DNA of 64,000 bases from Azolla caroliniana. Its lineage: Eukaryota; Plantae; Polypodiophyta. Positions 1 through 12,282 of the stretch are shown here, one piece after another. Positions within the stretch are counted from its first letter, which is position 1. Each line of letters starts with the position of its first letter. Below the pieces are notes generated by a model. The model saw only the letters and a program-made list of their open reading frames with translations. It did no database searches and was not told the origin of the DNA. Location: assembly GCA_043228905.1 (NCBI GenBank), contig JBHGNT010000010.1, forward strand, positions 3,782,001 to 3,846,000, read 5' to 3'. The translations under genes and the position numbers were made by a program.

Positions 1-2995
1 GATGGAACCCGATGACGATCCGCGTAAACCTTGTGTGTTTGTTGAGCTTGCTGTAGATGAGTAGATAAATCCGCTTGTATCTTACCTAGCTGCTCTAAAC
101 GATCCTCTATACAAGGATTTGCGGGTAACTTCGGGGTTTCAAATACACACCACCGGGGGTGACAACCCGTGTAAGCATAAAATGGTGCCACCTTTGTCGA
201 TGAGTGGACAGAGTTATTATATGCAAATTTAGCGAACTGGAGAATATCCGCCCAGTCATCTTGATGATAGCTTAAAAAGCACCGAAGATACTGCTCCAAC
301 GTTTGATTTGTTTGTTCAGCTTGGCCATTTGTTTGCGGGTGGTAGTTGGAGGAGAGGTTACAAGTGACCTTAAGCATTTTAAAGAGGTGTTTCTAGAACT
401 TTGAGATGAACTGGGGTTCACGGTCATTGATAATACTATCGAGAAGGCCATGATGCCGACATACTTCACGCATGACAATTTCGGCAGTTTCCTCACTGGA
501 CATACTTCACGCATGATAGGAAATGGGCCATCTTCGTATATCGATCTACTATTGTTAAGATCACATCGAATCCCTTAGAGACCGGAAGATCTGTGATGAA
601 ATCTAGGGCAATGGATTGCCATGGCTTGCTTGGAATTGGTAATGGTTCTAATAAACCATATGGATGATGCCTTGGCATTTTTGCTCTGCAACATGTATCA
701 CAAGTCTGAACAAAATCTTCGACAAATTGTTTCATATGGGGCCACCAGAAGGATCGTTGTACTAAATCTAGTGTTTTAGTACTACCAAAATGCCCAGTTG
801 TATATGTGTCATGACAATTTTGGACTACCGAAGGCAACAATTACCATTAGGAGCATACAAGAGTTTCTTAAAGAATAGTTATCCATCATGACATTCGAAT
901 TGTCGATAGTCCGTACTTGGTGGTTCCGATTGTGAACAAGATGCTCGAGAGGGATCAAGTTGTGCTAGAATGGCTTGAGCGAAAACATCTGTCTTCAAGT
1001 CCTCACGTATGGTATCGATAATGTGGGAATCGAAGGGCATACCGAAGACCTGCGTTGCTTGCAGTTGTGTTGGTCCCAAGATTATTTGCTTTTAGTTATT
1101 GAAAGTCGGCTCGCTGAGACACGGTGCTAGATATGAACACCGTGATAATGCATCTGCCTTCCCTTGTTGCTTCCCCATACGATATGTAATTTTGAAGTCG
1201 AAATGAGTGAGGAATTGGGCCCACCGAGCTTGACGTCGATTTAACACACAAGCATTCTAAAAGTAGGCAAGGTTTTTGTGATCATTGAATACGATGACTT
1301 GATGAGAAGACCCCTCTAGAAAATGCCTCCATTGTGTAAAAGAGTCTACTATTGCTAGTAGCTCCTTATCATGAATTTCATAGTTGATTTCTGCGGCGTC
1401 AAACTTGCGTGAATGGAAAGCCATAGGATGTAGCTTTTCATCATTGCCTTATTGAGACAGAATGCTACCCAAGGCGAAATCCGACGCGTCCGCTTCAATG
1501 ATGAATGGTTTTTTTGGATCAACATGAGCTAAAATAGGAGCTGATGTAAATGCCTTCTTAAGACTCTCAAAAGCAATGTCCGCTTCTTCAGACCAAATGA
1601 ACAATTTTCCCTTCCTGGTAAGTTGTGTGAGAGGTAGAACAAGCTTTGAGTAATCCTGTATGAACTTGCGGTAAAATTTGGCAAAGCCTAAAAAACATTG
1701 CACATCTCGCAACGAACACAGAGTCTGCCACTCTACCACCATTGTGACCTTAGCTAGATCCATGGAGATGCCTTCCGAGGAAATGACATAGCCCAAAAAT
1801 TCTACTTGGTTGCACTTGAAACTACATTTTTCCAGTTTTGCATAAAGACCATGTTCTCGAAGTCGTTTTAGTACTAACAGTACATGAGAATCATGCTCTT
1901 CTTGGGTCTTTGAATAAACGAGTAGATCATCCAAATAGATGATCAAAAATTCATCCAAGAGATCTCGGAATATATCATTTTCCATGTGCTAGAAGACTGT
2001 TGGTGCATTAGTGAGGCCGAATGGCATGACCGGATACTCGAAGTGCCCATATTTGGTGCGAAATGCAGTCTTCCATTCATCTCTTGGTCGGTTCCGTACG
2101 AGGTTATACGCTCCTCGTAAGTCGATCTTTGTGAAGAACCTTGCACCATTGATCCGTTCTAAAAGACTTGAGATCAGAGGAAGTGCATACCTATGCCTAA
2201 TGGTGACTTTATTCAACCCACGGTAATCTACAATGAGAAGAAGTGATCCATCCTTTTTCTTGACGAAGAAAATGGGTGCACCGACTGGAGATTTCGAATA
2301 TCGAATGAAACCATTTGCCAAATTCTCCTCTATATAGGCTCGAAGGACTTCTAGCTCGGTTGGTGACAAATTGTACATCGGTCCCCATGGTGGCTCTTTT
2401 CCCGGTTGTAAATCAATGGGGCAATCATACGGTCGATGGTGAGGAAGTGATTAGCTCGTACTTTATCGAACACATCGGCATAATGACGATACTTCTCTGG
2501 AAGTTGAACGGTGGACTCTTTATTGATATTGGAGGGGTTTATTGATATTGCGAAGAGAAACATTTCTTCCTTGTGCCCTTCCTCACGCAACTAATGTAGT
2601 GAAATGGTTGCAATCTTATGAGTAGATCTGCGGGTTTGTCGACACCGTATTTCTCTTGTTCTCCAATGTATGGTTGGGTTATGTAATTCGAACCATGGTA
2701 ATCCCAAAACAATGGGATGTTCTGGGATACTAATTATATTAAATGATACTACACATGCTAAGTTATCTAGGACAATATTAACAGGTTCTGACTCTTCTAT
2801 AATATTTCCGGAAGCAATGGGACGACCATCAATGACTACTACAGAGGCTAGACATGGGAGTTTCTTTAGGGATATCTGATGAGCTTGGGCAAAATTCCTA
2901 TCCATGAAACAAGAGTTGGCTCCGGAATCTAAGAGTGCTAAGACATGTATTGGAGGAGTACTTTTAGTACTAACCATTACTTGAGCTAAGAACAC
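1..2995 (-). pseudogene. pol: Gypsy pol pseudogene (PR-RT-RH-INT), continuing past the window start
   Basis: ORFs 2591-2995, 1989-2378, 1449-1985 and 493-840 carry canonical motifs and are broken by stops and frameshifts. Confidence 0.9.
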
Positions 2996-3283
2996 ATTGC
3001 TAACTTGCTTAGCGGAAATGGAACCACTAATGGGCTACACAGATCTAGGGTTGTCCAACCAAACGGCTCCTATTTTGGCTAGAGTTAATCGTTAACTCTT
3101 CTTCTAGTTGACTAAGGATTTCAAATTTGTTTGAAAGGCTTGGGCTATTAGGACTATCAGACACACCTAGAGGAATACACTCGGGTTTAGTACTATTAGT
3201 ACTAGCGGTTATTTGATTTCCTTGCCTTTTTGGCCGATGGGGGCAATTCACTGCAATATGCCCCAGTCCACCACAATAAAGAC

Positions 3284-4821
3284 CATGGTTGTTTACGTGC
3301 CCGTATTTAACGTTTAAATACATATAATACCTCATCATTTGTATAGTACGTATTATACCTCAATGTTGTTCAGTCAAATATCATGTACGTTTGTCCAATA
3401 TGGTATTTAACGTATTTATAAAAAAAACAGGTATAATACGTATTTATAAAGAAAATGTAAGTAAAACCCTAACAAAAAGCAAAAAAAAGAAAAAAAAGAT
3501 TTTAGTGAAAAAGAAGCCAAAGGAAGGAAGAAAGAAGAATAGAAGAGACAACAATGAAGAAGATGAAGAAGAACAAGAAGAAGAGAGAAAAGAAGACATA
3601 AACTTGTCTTGAGTGTGATAATCGCAGAAGATAGAAGAAGAAGAAAAGAGAAACCTATCATGAGTGTGATCATCGTAGACGATTCCTCAATCTATGAAGG
3701 CATAATTGTAAATAATTACAATTTGAAGTAGAACATCGTGATACACACTTACAATGATTTATAGAATACGGGAATGTCAACATCCATATTACTACAAGTA
3801 TTTTAGGATGTGAAATGTTCAAATGTCTTATATGCATTTTAGGATGTAGAACTATATTGTACATCACAAACTTGTGTAAACATAGATGTTTTTTATAACA
3901 TTATAGATATTTTTTAGAAAGGTAAATAGTTTTCAAATTCTAGAAGTATTTAACGTACTATACGTATTTTATAAGTATTTAACATATTAATAAAACGTAT
4001 TTAACGTATTTTTAAATTGGGAGGTACTATATGGGTATTAATACGTTAAATACGTTGTCATAGTGTAGTCCGCACACTACGTGAAAAATGTAAAAATAAT
4101 ATATCCGATTTAAGTACATATATATAAATAAAAGAAAATATTAAAATATTTATTACATACATAGGGTAGGATTCGAAACTTGTACTTTCATGTAAATAAA
4201 CCAACACTTTACCATTGTATTAACTTATCATAAGTGTTATAAATATAGATTTAATAGGTATAAGACTTTTATTTATGCCTACCTTTATTAAAAGGTAAAT
4301 CATGCATTTTTAAAGTGCGTGAATACTTTATTTACAAGAAAAATATAAACCAATAAAAAAATACTCGTGCACATCTAGCATGCATGAGCACTATATTTAG
4401 GAAATAAAAGCATAGTGGAAAAGGCAACTCATGCACATTTAGTGTGCATAAACACTTTAGAAAAAGCAGGAAGCTATGCTTAGTCTCTTCCATCCTTATA
4501 TAAGGAGGAGAGAAAGAGGTATATGGGGGTTGATTATTTTGTAAGGATTGACCAATATAATATATTCGTGGGATTCACAAATTTGTCATCTACATTGTCT
4601 CTTACTATCTAAAAATTGATTAAATACACTAAACTCGTGGGATTCACGAGATTCAAAACTTACCTCTCTTTCTATCTATTCATTACTAGCCTTATCTCAT
4701 ATTCTTCTTTCTCCTAGTCCAAAACCTCAGTGATTCCCACCTGACTCACGTAACGATCCGGAGCCGAAAGGCATGACAACGTATGGTATCCATACCGTAC
4801 CTAACATACCTAACAACCTTG
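3284..4821. mobile_element. Non-autonomous hAT-like DNA transposon (MITE)
   Basis: The termini CATGGTTGTT (3284) and AACAACCTTG (4821) form a 10-bp TIR with one mismatch. The 8-bp TSD is ATAAAGAC (3276-3283) / ATAAAGAA (4822-4829). Removing the element restores the gag knuckle CLYCGGLGHIAVNC. Subterminal ACGTATT repeats; AT-rich, no coding capacity. Confidence 0.8.
4056..4778 (+). mobile_element. Solo LTR of the tRNA-Trp gypsy family (homologous to the LTRs at 42729-43448 and 56154-56602)
   Basis: Ends are TGTCATAGTGTAG...GAAAGGCATGACA and the whole sequence aligns to the reverse complement of 42729-43448. Flanked by ACGT (4052-4055) and ACGT (4779-4782). Confidence 0.85.
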
Positions 4822-5863
4822 ATAAAGAAATAATCGATTTGCCTTGTGTCGATGCTTTTCTTCTTCCAATAGTGGTTCGCGGCAACATGTGGTGTCAATT
4901 TCAATTGGAATCAGAGTATTTGTTGGAGACGTATTGAATAACTCCCTTGGGAAAGGCTTTGCTACGATTGAAGCGTAGGTGGGCTCCGATCTTGTCCATG
5001 GCATTTGGAATTAACGTTCTAAACGTCGTTCGAAGAGGCGATTATCGCATCTCACCGCACGACTGATTGATTCTGGCAATGACTTTGGCTCCTCAAGGAA
5101 AGTTAAGAGTAAATCTTTAACATCATTACGTAGGCCAAAACAAAATTGCTCCATTAGTGCATGGTCATCCTAGGGAATATCATTGGCGAGAAGATGGAAA
5201 TCTGTAGTATAAGCCAAGGCCGGCCGCTCACCTTGGTGCAATCTTCAAATTTTGTTGATTGCTGTTCTAACACTGTCAGTATCTCCAAAACAGGCTTTAA
5301 ACTCGGTAATAAACTCTTTGAAATTATTTAACAAGGGAGAGATTTTTTCTAACAAGGGGGCGAACCATGCCAAAGCCGTGCCACTAAGTAGAGTGCCTAC
5401 TAGTCCCACTCGTGATGCATCAGTGGGATATTGAGAAGGATGCATTTGAATGACTAATCATACCTGATTAAGGAATCCTCTAAATTGTGATCGCGTTCCA
5501 TCGAATTTCATGGGAAGGACGATCTTGGGTTCTTTATGAATCCCTTGCGTATTGGGTTCTTGTTGTTGCATTGCTACTAAGGTTGCTTCGAGTAGTTGCA
5601 CGCATACCACTAGTTCCCCATGTTGTTGTTGCGTCTGCTACTTTTCTAAGGAGATTTGTTGAAGATCCCCCAACAACCATTGATTTTCTTGTTCCAAAGC
5701 AAGGAACTTCTCTTTCAAGCATTGCAACTCTGAGAAAATGGATTGATATTCTTGAGTGCTAACAATCGCCATAGTATGAGAGAAAAGCGGAATAAGAGAT
5801 TAGTATGAAGGAAGGGAGAAGTATATTCTAGAGATATTCAATCTCAGAAATTGTATAAATACA

Positions 5864-7690
5864 TGTAACATCCTTGGTCCCATTCAAGGGATTCAACACC
5901 AATCATTGACACATCAATCTAGTATTCTTGTTCCATTCCATCTTGTCTCGTTCTTCATCTCTGTCTTCATGTTCTCCATAGCTTCCTAAGTTCTATGTTC
6001 GTCATCCATGCTCCGTCGTAGTCTGCGGTTGGTGTGTCCGTGATAGAATGCGGGTCTCTAATGAACATATTCATATTGTCTCCTCTTGTACACGCTAGGT
6101 TTAGGCTATTTATATGTAAATAGTGAGAAGGGAAGTTGCCCTAAGTTGGTCACTATATAAATTGACCTTGTAACCTAGTTTCAAGTGGTTGAAAAGTTGT
6201 AGAAAAATACAGCTTATCTTGTGCCGAACGTCTCTCTCTATCTTGTCTTCTGCTTGCATCTTGTTTTCTATTCTCTAGTTGCAATCAATATTATTCATTG
6301 CATCTATTAACGATCTCCACACATAAGAGTGTTGATATTGTTCCACACCTAGGCAGTGGTGTTGACAACATCTGGTATCAGAGCTTGAGGTTCTTTCGAT
6401 TTTGCTGCTTCCATCTATATAGTTTCCATCAACAACTCTTCTTTTGTACATCGTCAAGATCTTGGTTGGCAACTCTCTACAAGATCATTTTCGCTAAGAG
6501 AGACACCGACAAAATCAGCACTCCACCGTTCTAAATCACCATTGAAGTGAGCCAATCAGCTGCACTTCACTCCTGTGATTGTAGCCGCATAGAGTGAGAT
6601 TTCGGTTCACAACATCTCTGCCTCAGTCGTACTACATTGGATTAGACAACAACAAATAGGTCACCTGATGCTAGTCACTCGCTTGTCGTAATCACTCGCA
6701 GTTGTCTGAGCTCCAAGAACAACCCCCTTCCATGCTTCATTCGACTAAACAACATTTGGAAAGATTAGTTGAATCTATTCCTCTCATTGTTGTAGTCACC
6801 TGAAGTAGGATCGGCCTGGATAATCGGCACATACTCTGTGTTTGGAAATCTCGAAAATCAACATTCGAAATCGAATCGACGTACTCGAGTCCAACTCGAT
6901 TAGGCTAGTCAACCGTAGTCACTTCAGATCGAGACTCCTGAATTTCAAATCACATTCGGCTTGTGTTCAAACTCGGCTAGAACGAATTCAGGTGAGCCAT
7001 TTTGTTGCACCCAACCATTGTTCGTAGCCAACCCTGAACAAAGACTGCCAAAATCGACACATATGGCATCAACATCCGGCTCATCAGAGATGATTCTAAG
7101 GAAGTTCTCAACTTCTGAAAGGAACGGATGCAAGACTATCTAATAGTCAAGGGGAAAATCGACCCCGTAGAAAACGAAAATGGTCCAGAAGGGTACAAGC
7201 CGCTTGAATGGGAGAAGCTTGACAGAATTGTCTGAGCCACCATTCGGATGCACCTATCGGAGTCTGTGTACTTCACGGTGCAATCGTGTTTGACTGCCTT
7301 CCAACTATGGAAGACACTCTCAGACACCTACGAAAAGAAGATAGTCGCTACGAAGATATATTTGATATGGCACCTTTATAACGTTGGGATGAAAGAATTT
7401 GATTCGGTCCAGGCACAACTCAGCAAGTACGAAAGTCTGAGCTCCCAAATTTCGGCTCAAGGGACAACTATCGAGGATGAACTAAGATCAATATTGCTTA
7501 TGAGTACTCTCCCCCCTTCGTGGGAAACTTTCGTCACAACCGCGTCCAACGCATTGACTACGGCTGTTAAATACTCCTCAGCCACGAGCACAATTCTGAT
7601 TGAAGCAGCCCGAAGGAAATTGTTTGCAAACGATTCAGCCAATAAGGCGTATGTACTACAAGGTTCGACCGACCAATCGAACAGCCGAGG
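5864..7690 (+). mobile_element. 5' remnant of a Ty1/copia element: LTR (about 5864-6370), tRNA-iMet PBS and degraded gag
   Basis: TGTAACA...GACAACA followed by TGGTATCAGAGC (6373-6384). Copia gag motifs ATIRMHLSESV, LWKTLSDTYEK and LLMSTLPPSWETFVT. Truncated at about 7690, where gypsy-derived sequence starts. Confidence 0.75.
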
Positions 7691-10600
7691 AACGGGAGGC
7701 CAATCGGGATTGAGCTCGAAGATGATGACGGAGCGACTGGCCTTACGGAGGACTGGTCAAAGGTCGGAAGGGTATGCCAACAGTTAGATGACGAGCAAGC
7801 CGAGAAGTCTAGGAGGAAGGCGCGCGACGACGCGCCATCACAGCGGGAAGAGGTCGAACGGCAAAGAGAACTGGCAAGGCTCGGCTTCGGGGCCAGGATT
7901 GCGGAGGCATATGCAGCTCTCGAGGCAATGCTCGAGGAAGAGGAAAAACCGAGGTTGCGAGCTGACGCCGAGGAGACGAGCTTGCCTCGCGAGATGGCAA
8001 AAGATCGGTATGACGATACCACGGGAGAGAGTGCGGAACAAAACGCCCTCTCGGCTTGCGGAAATAGAACGACCAAGGACAATGCCGAGATACCGATCAC
8101 AGAATCGGAACGTTGGGACCGATGGTTTCGAGCACATCAGCCCGAAACTCCGAACATTGGAGAAGCAAGCCCAGGTGGGGCTTGCGCGATCGGTAAGGAG
8201 ACGACCACCGGCCACGAAGAGCCGGTGGCTACAGACAAGGGAGTAAAACGGACGGGCGATTCTTCACGTCTTCCCACACTTGCTCCCGAGACGATGGCAG
8301 TCGGGCCCGAGTGCCCACGTGAGTCCCAAGAGGAGGAAGGCGGCGGCGTGAGACCAAGAATCATCGGCGAGGCAATACGGGGAAGGAACGAACAAGAGCC
8401 CTCGGGGCCAAATACGGAGAACTCGGCATTCGGGCCCTTACGCCCATGTGAGACCGAGGAGATGGATGACGGTATCGAAGAGTGCTAGCATGATGCCAGT
8501 GAAGATGGATGGGAATTGGCCCACAAGAAGGTCGACAAAGAGACCAAGAGATGACCCGACCGAGGACCGAACCACGCAACACTCCTATTCGGTTGGAGTG
8601 CGATCCGGTCGTGGATTGTTCGATAGGGGCCAGAATCAGCATGAGGGTGCCGATACGGGAGAAGGTGCGGAACGAGCCCCCCTCTTTTACATGGGGAGAA
8701 AGACCGACCAGGTGAAGGTCAGGAATCGGAAGAGAGGTGATCAAGGGTTCGGAACATATCCGACAGGATCGGCATCGGAGCCGAAACTCCGGACATTGGA
8801 GAATCAAGCCCAGGCAGGGCTTTATTGATCACAGAGCGGATGTTATCCACCGACACCACTAAAAGGGTCGGTGGCCCGGATGAGTCGCCGAAAGATGTTA
8901 CGAAAACGGTTACCCCAAATCTTGTCCGGAGACTTCGGCAGTCCAGCCGACATGGCAACATGAGACCGAAAGAGATGGGAGATGGAGGCGGGAGCACAAC
9001 AAGGAGAGCGACGACGAGTTAGGGAAAAGTACAAGGGATGAAGTGGAGAACGAAGACCAGTCCTACGGAGAACCTCACATCGATCCGGCTGTCGGCCGAG
9101 TGCCGTTGTGAGTCCTATAAGAGAGATCGGTGGTGACAGGAGAACGGGACCCGGCAGTCCAGAGAATGACGGGCAGAACCGAATGAGAATTGGGTGGAAC
9201 GGACTTCTGGATAACTGATCCAGAAGAGAGGCTAGAACATGCCTACGAAGAGGCCGGGATCACGATACGTCAGTACCACAGGGGAGGGTGTGGAGTGAGC
9301 CACCCTCTCGACTTGCAGAGAAAAACGACCCGAGATAAGGGTCAGAGACTAGACAGAGGTCTATGAAGATCCTCACACTGCTCCGGCGGTCGGCCCAAGT
9401 GCCGTCATGAGTCCTATAGGAAAGGACAGTGGCGGTAGGTGAATGTGACCAGTCGAAGAGGCCGACGTGGAGGTCGGGAAAAACGGCGAGCGGTGATGCC
9501 GCAATCTTACACACACTGGTTTTAGACACTCCGGCAGCCAACAACGAGAGCCGGCGTGAGACCTAGAGAGAAGAATGGTGGCGGTGGCAAGGCGGGCAAC
9601 CGAGACGGCTAAGGGGGGGGTCCCACGAAGATCCTCACACCGATCCGACGGTCGGCCCGAGAGCCGGCGTGAGTCCTATAGGAAAGGACGATGGGGGCAG
9701 GTGAACGTGATCAGATGGCGAAGGGAAAGAGGACTGCGGATGGGCGGTCCACGGAGATCCTCACACTGCTCCGACGGTCGGCCCGAATGCTGGCATGAGT
9801 CCTATAGGAAAGGACGGTGGCGGTAGGTGAACGTGACTAGCTGAAGAGGCCGACGTAGAGGTCGGGAAAAACAGCGAGTGGTGTTGCCGCGATCTTACAC
9901 ACACCGATTGTAGACACTCCATTAGCCAACAACGAGAGCTGGCGTGAGACCTAGAGAGAAGAACGGTGGCGGCGGCAAGGTGGGCAACCAAGATGGCAAA
10001 GGGGGAGGTCCCACGTAGATCCTCACACCGATCCGGCGGTTGGCCCGAGTGCCGGCTTGAGCCCTATAGGAAAGGACGACGACGGTAGGAGAACGTGATT
10101 GGACGACGGGAAGCAGAGCGAAAGGAGGTATGAGTCAGGCGAGGCGGCCACGAACCGGATGCGTGACAAAGATCGGACGCACTTGGCACACAACTCGATG
10201 ACCCAACTAAACGGAGGCCCAAGAAGGATCCTTCACACCTGCCTGGAGACCCTGGGTGTTTGGCCAACGTGGCAACATGAGACCAAGGGCAATAGAAGGT
10301 GGCGGCGAGGGGACGAAGGCGGCAGCAACAGAAGCACTGACCAACCAAGGCGTTACGTGAGAAAAGGAGGCCCTACGGGCCAGGACGCGGCAAGCGTGAT
10401 CTTCCGGTGAGCTGCCGGGGACACCCGATTAAGGAGCGGTGTGTCAAGCCGAAAAGGGAACACCCGAAAGAGGAACGAGAGGCGTGCATGCAGCCAAGAG
10501 AAGGGCCAACGGGGAAGCACGCACACTACGGGATCACGGCGAATGACCCATCGATGGGTCAAACAAGCCCACGGAAACGCGAATGCGGAAAGGGAACCAG

Positions 10601-11490
10601 AGTCGACAGTTCTGACGGGCAAGGGCAACGCGGCAGCCAGAATGCGGATTACGGAAGACCGCTTCCTCACTGGTCGGAAGCTCTCGCCCTTCTCCGAACT
10701 TGGCACGTACCGGTGGACATGCGGTTTGGTGGGGGCGGATGTCATGAAGATTCGGGGCCATGGTGAGAAATTGGGGAATATCAGGATTATTGGCGGGGTG
10801 CACCATGTGCACTTACCGTTGTAAAAACGTGTGAATAGTAGGATTCAAGTCGGGACTGAGAATCCCATGTAAATTGTGATTTATCCCACATTGTAACGCA
10901 TCCCTCTCCTTGTTCTATAAAAGGAAGGGAGGGTCCCTTGTAGAGGGGTTGCCCATTTTGAGTTAGGAGGGTATACCACTTAGGTCGAAGGTGTGTTAGT
11001 TCTTCTTCTTCTTACTTTAGAGTTCTTTGAGGTCTTCTTCTTCGTGTCTGTTTAGGGTTTTAGCCCGGTGAAGAGCTTGGATGTTCTGTGGGGACTTGCT
11101 TCTGCTCGGCCTCCTATGCAAGTCCCCGCTCGGCGTGACGAGCCCGAGAGCTCCTCGATGGCGGCTTGGCGGAAGACTGCTGTTGTGACCTAGCCTACCT
11201 CAGTCCGGCTCGGAGCCGGAGTTGTATCTTTCTCTTGTACATACATATATACATATATAGTCTATGTCTTTGGAGTTCCTTCTTTCTGGTTTCTGTACAT
11301 AGGATGCGTGTGCCTAGTAAGTGTTGCGTGCGCACCCTTTTCCCCCTCCCATACGGTTTCTCCCTGTACGTATCCGGAAACGCTCTGGTTGGTGTCTTCA
11401 TTGGTCGCGGGATGAAGTGAGGCTCGACCTTCCATGTTCCGTCTCTCTCTCGTCCGTGGTCCCCCCCCTTCTACACGCACGCGCATGACA
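7690..11490 (+). mobile_element. Non-autonomous tRNA-Trp gypsy derivative: gag remnant, repeat-rich internal domain, PPT and 3' LTR (from 10740)
   Basis: Homologous to the reverse complement of 13140-15620. PPT GGTGGGGGCGGA followed by TGTCATGAAG at 10740. No pol. The 3' end of the LTR is approximate. Confidence 0.7.
9040..10090. repeat. Imperfect tandem modules (ATCCTCACAC..CCGGCGGTCGGCCCGAGTGCC..GAGTCCTATAGGAAAGGAC), including a ~385-bp direct duplication
   Basis: The module recurs near 9072, 9369, 9630, 9757 and 10019; 9370-9750 is similar to 9757-10090. Confidence 0.75.
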
Positions 11491-12282
11491 AGGAGACATC
11501 GCCTCTTCCAGAACGACCGTCTCTTGCGCCAAGCCGCCTTTAGGGAGCACTAAGGCTCGCTGAACCGAGTGGGGTCTTGCGCGCCAAGGAGGCAAACATG
11601 CCAACGAACCACCTAACGCATGGGCTCTGCATAAGCGACAGAAGCCAACACCTACACACACTCGCAGACATGTTGGACCACGGAGTGCTGAGAGCCAACG
11701 AGCAGGAACTCAGGGAAAGCACTGACAATCCGCACCCCGCCTGCCACAACCAAACACACCACCTACGCACGCACACAGAAGACACTGAAACCCTAACAGA
11801 AAACAGAGACAACACACCCGCACACCAAGATGAAGAGAAGACAAATATATATATATATATATATATATGTTAAGGGGAAGATACAACCCCAGCTTTGAGC
11901 CAGACTGCACGAAGAAGAATTTGCCGCCATGCCTGAGGTGCCCAAGTTCTCAAGAAGAAGAAGAAGAAGAAGACTACCAAGAAGTTACTAACCCTAGAAA
12001 ATTCTTAACAAAATGACCCTCGACCAAAATGGTATACCCTTATGACTGAAAATGGGCAACCCCTTTACAAAGGGCGCTCCCTTCCTTTTATAGACCAAGG
12101 AGAGGGATGCGTAGCAATGTGGGATAAATCCCTTATTACATGGGATCCTCTGTCCCGAACTAACTATTGTTTGGTGCCCCTATCATTTACACAATTTGTA
12201 CAAGGGTGAGTGCACATGCTCCACCTCGTTGATTCTTCCAATATTCCATGGTTTCCCACCATGGCCCGGAATCTTCACGACA
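11490..12282 (-). mobile_element. LTR of the same family inserted into a neighbouring LTR
   Basis: The terminus TCTTCACGACA at 12282 is followed by ACGT. Contains the family core GGGCAACCCC..TTTTATAG..GTGGGATAAATC. Left boundary uncertain. Confidence 0.6.

Larger units (their letters stand above)
1..5730 (-). mobile_element. Degenerate Ty3/gypsy LTR retrotransposon (Tcn1-like), gag-pol region, interrupted by a MITE at 3284-4821
   Basis: Minus-strand fragments in gypsy order: gag (GTLLSGTALAWF, 5245-5445), zinc knuckle, protease (ALLDSGANSCF, 2591-2995), RT ([24 protein letters not shown]; 1449-2378), RNase H (EADASDFALG) and integrase (H..TGHFG..CDTC, IALDFITDLP; 493-840). Many stops and frameshifts. 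The clade assignment is inference. Confidence 0.9.

Noticed and set aside
3391-3673. K/E-rich and hydrophobic small ORFs
   Set aside because: Low-complexity purine tract inside the MITE.
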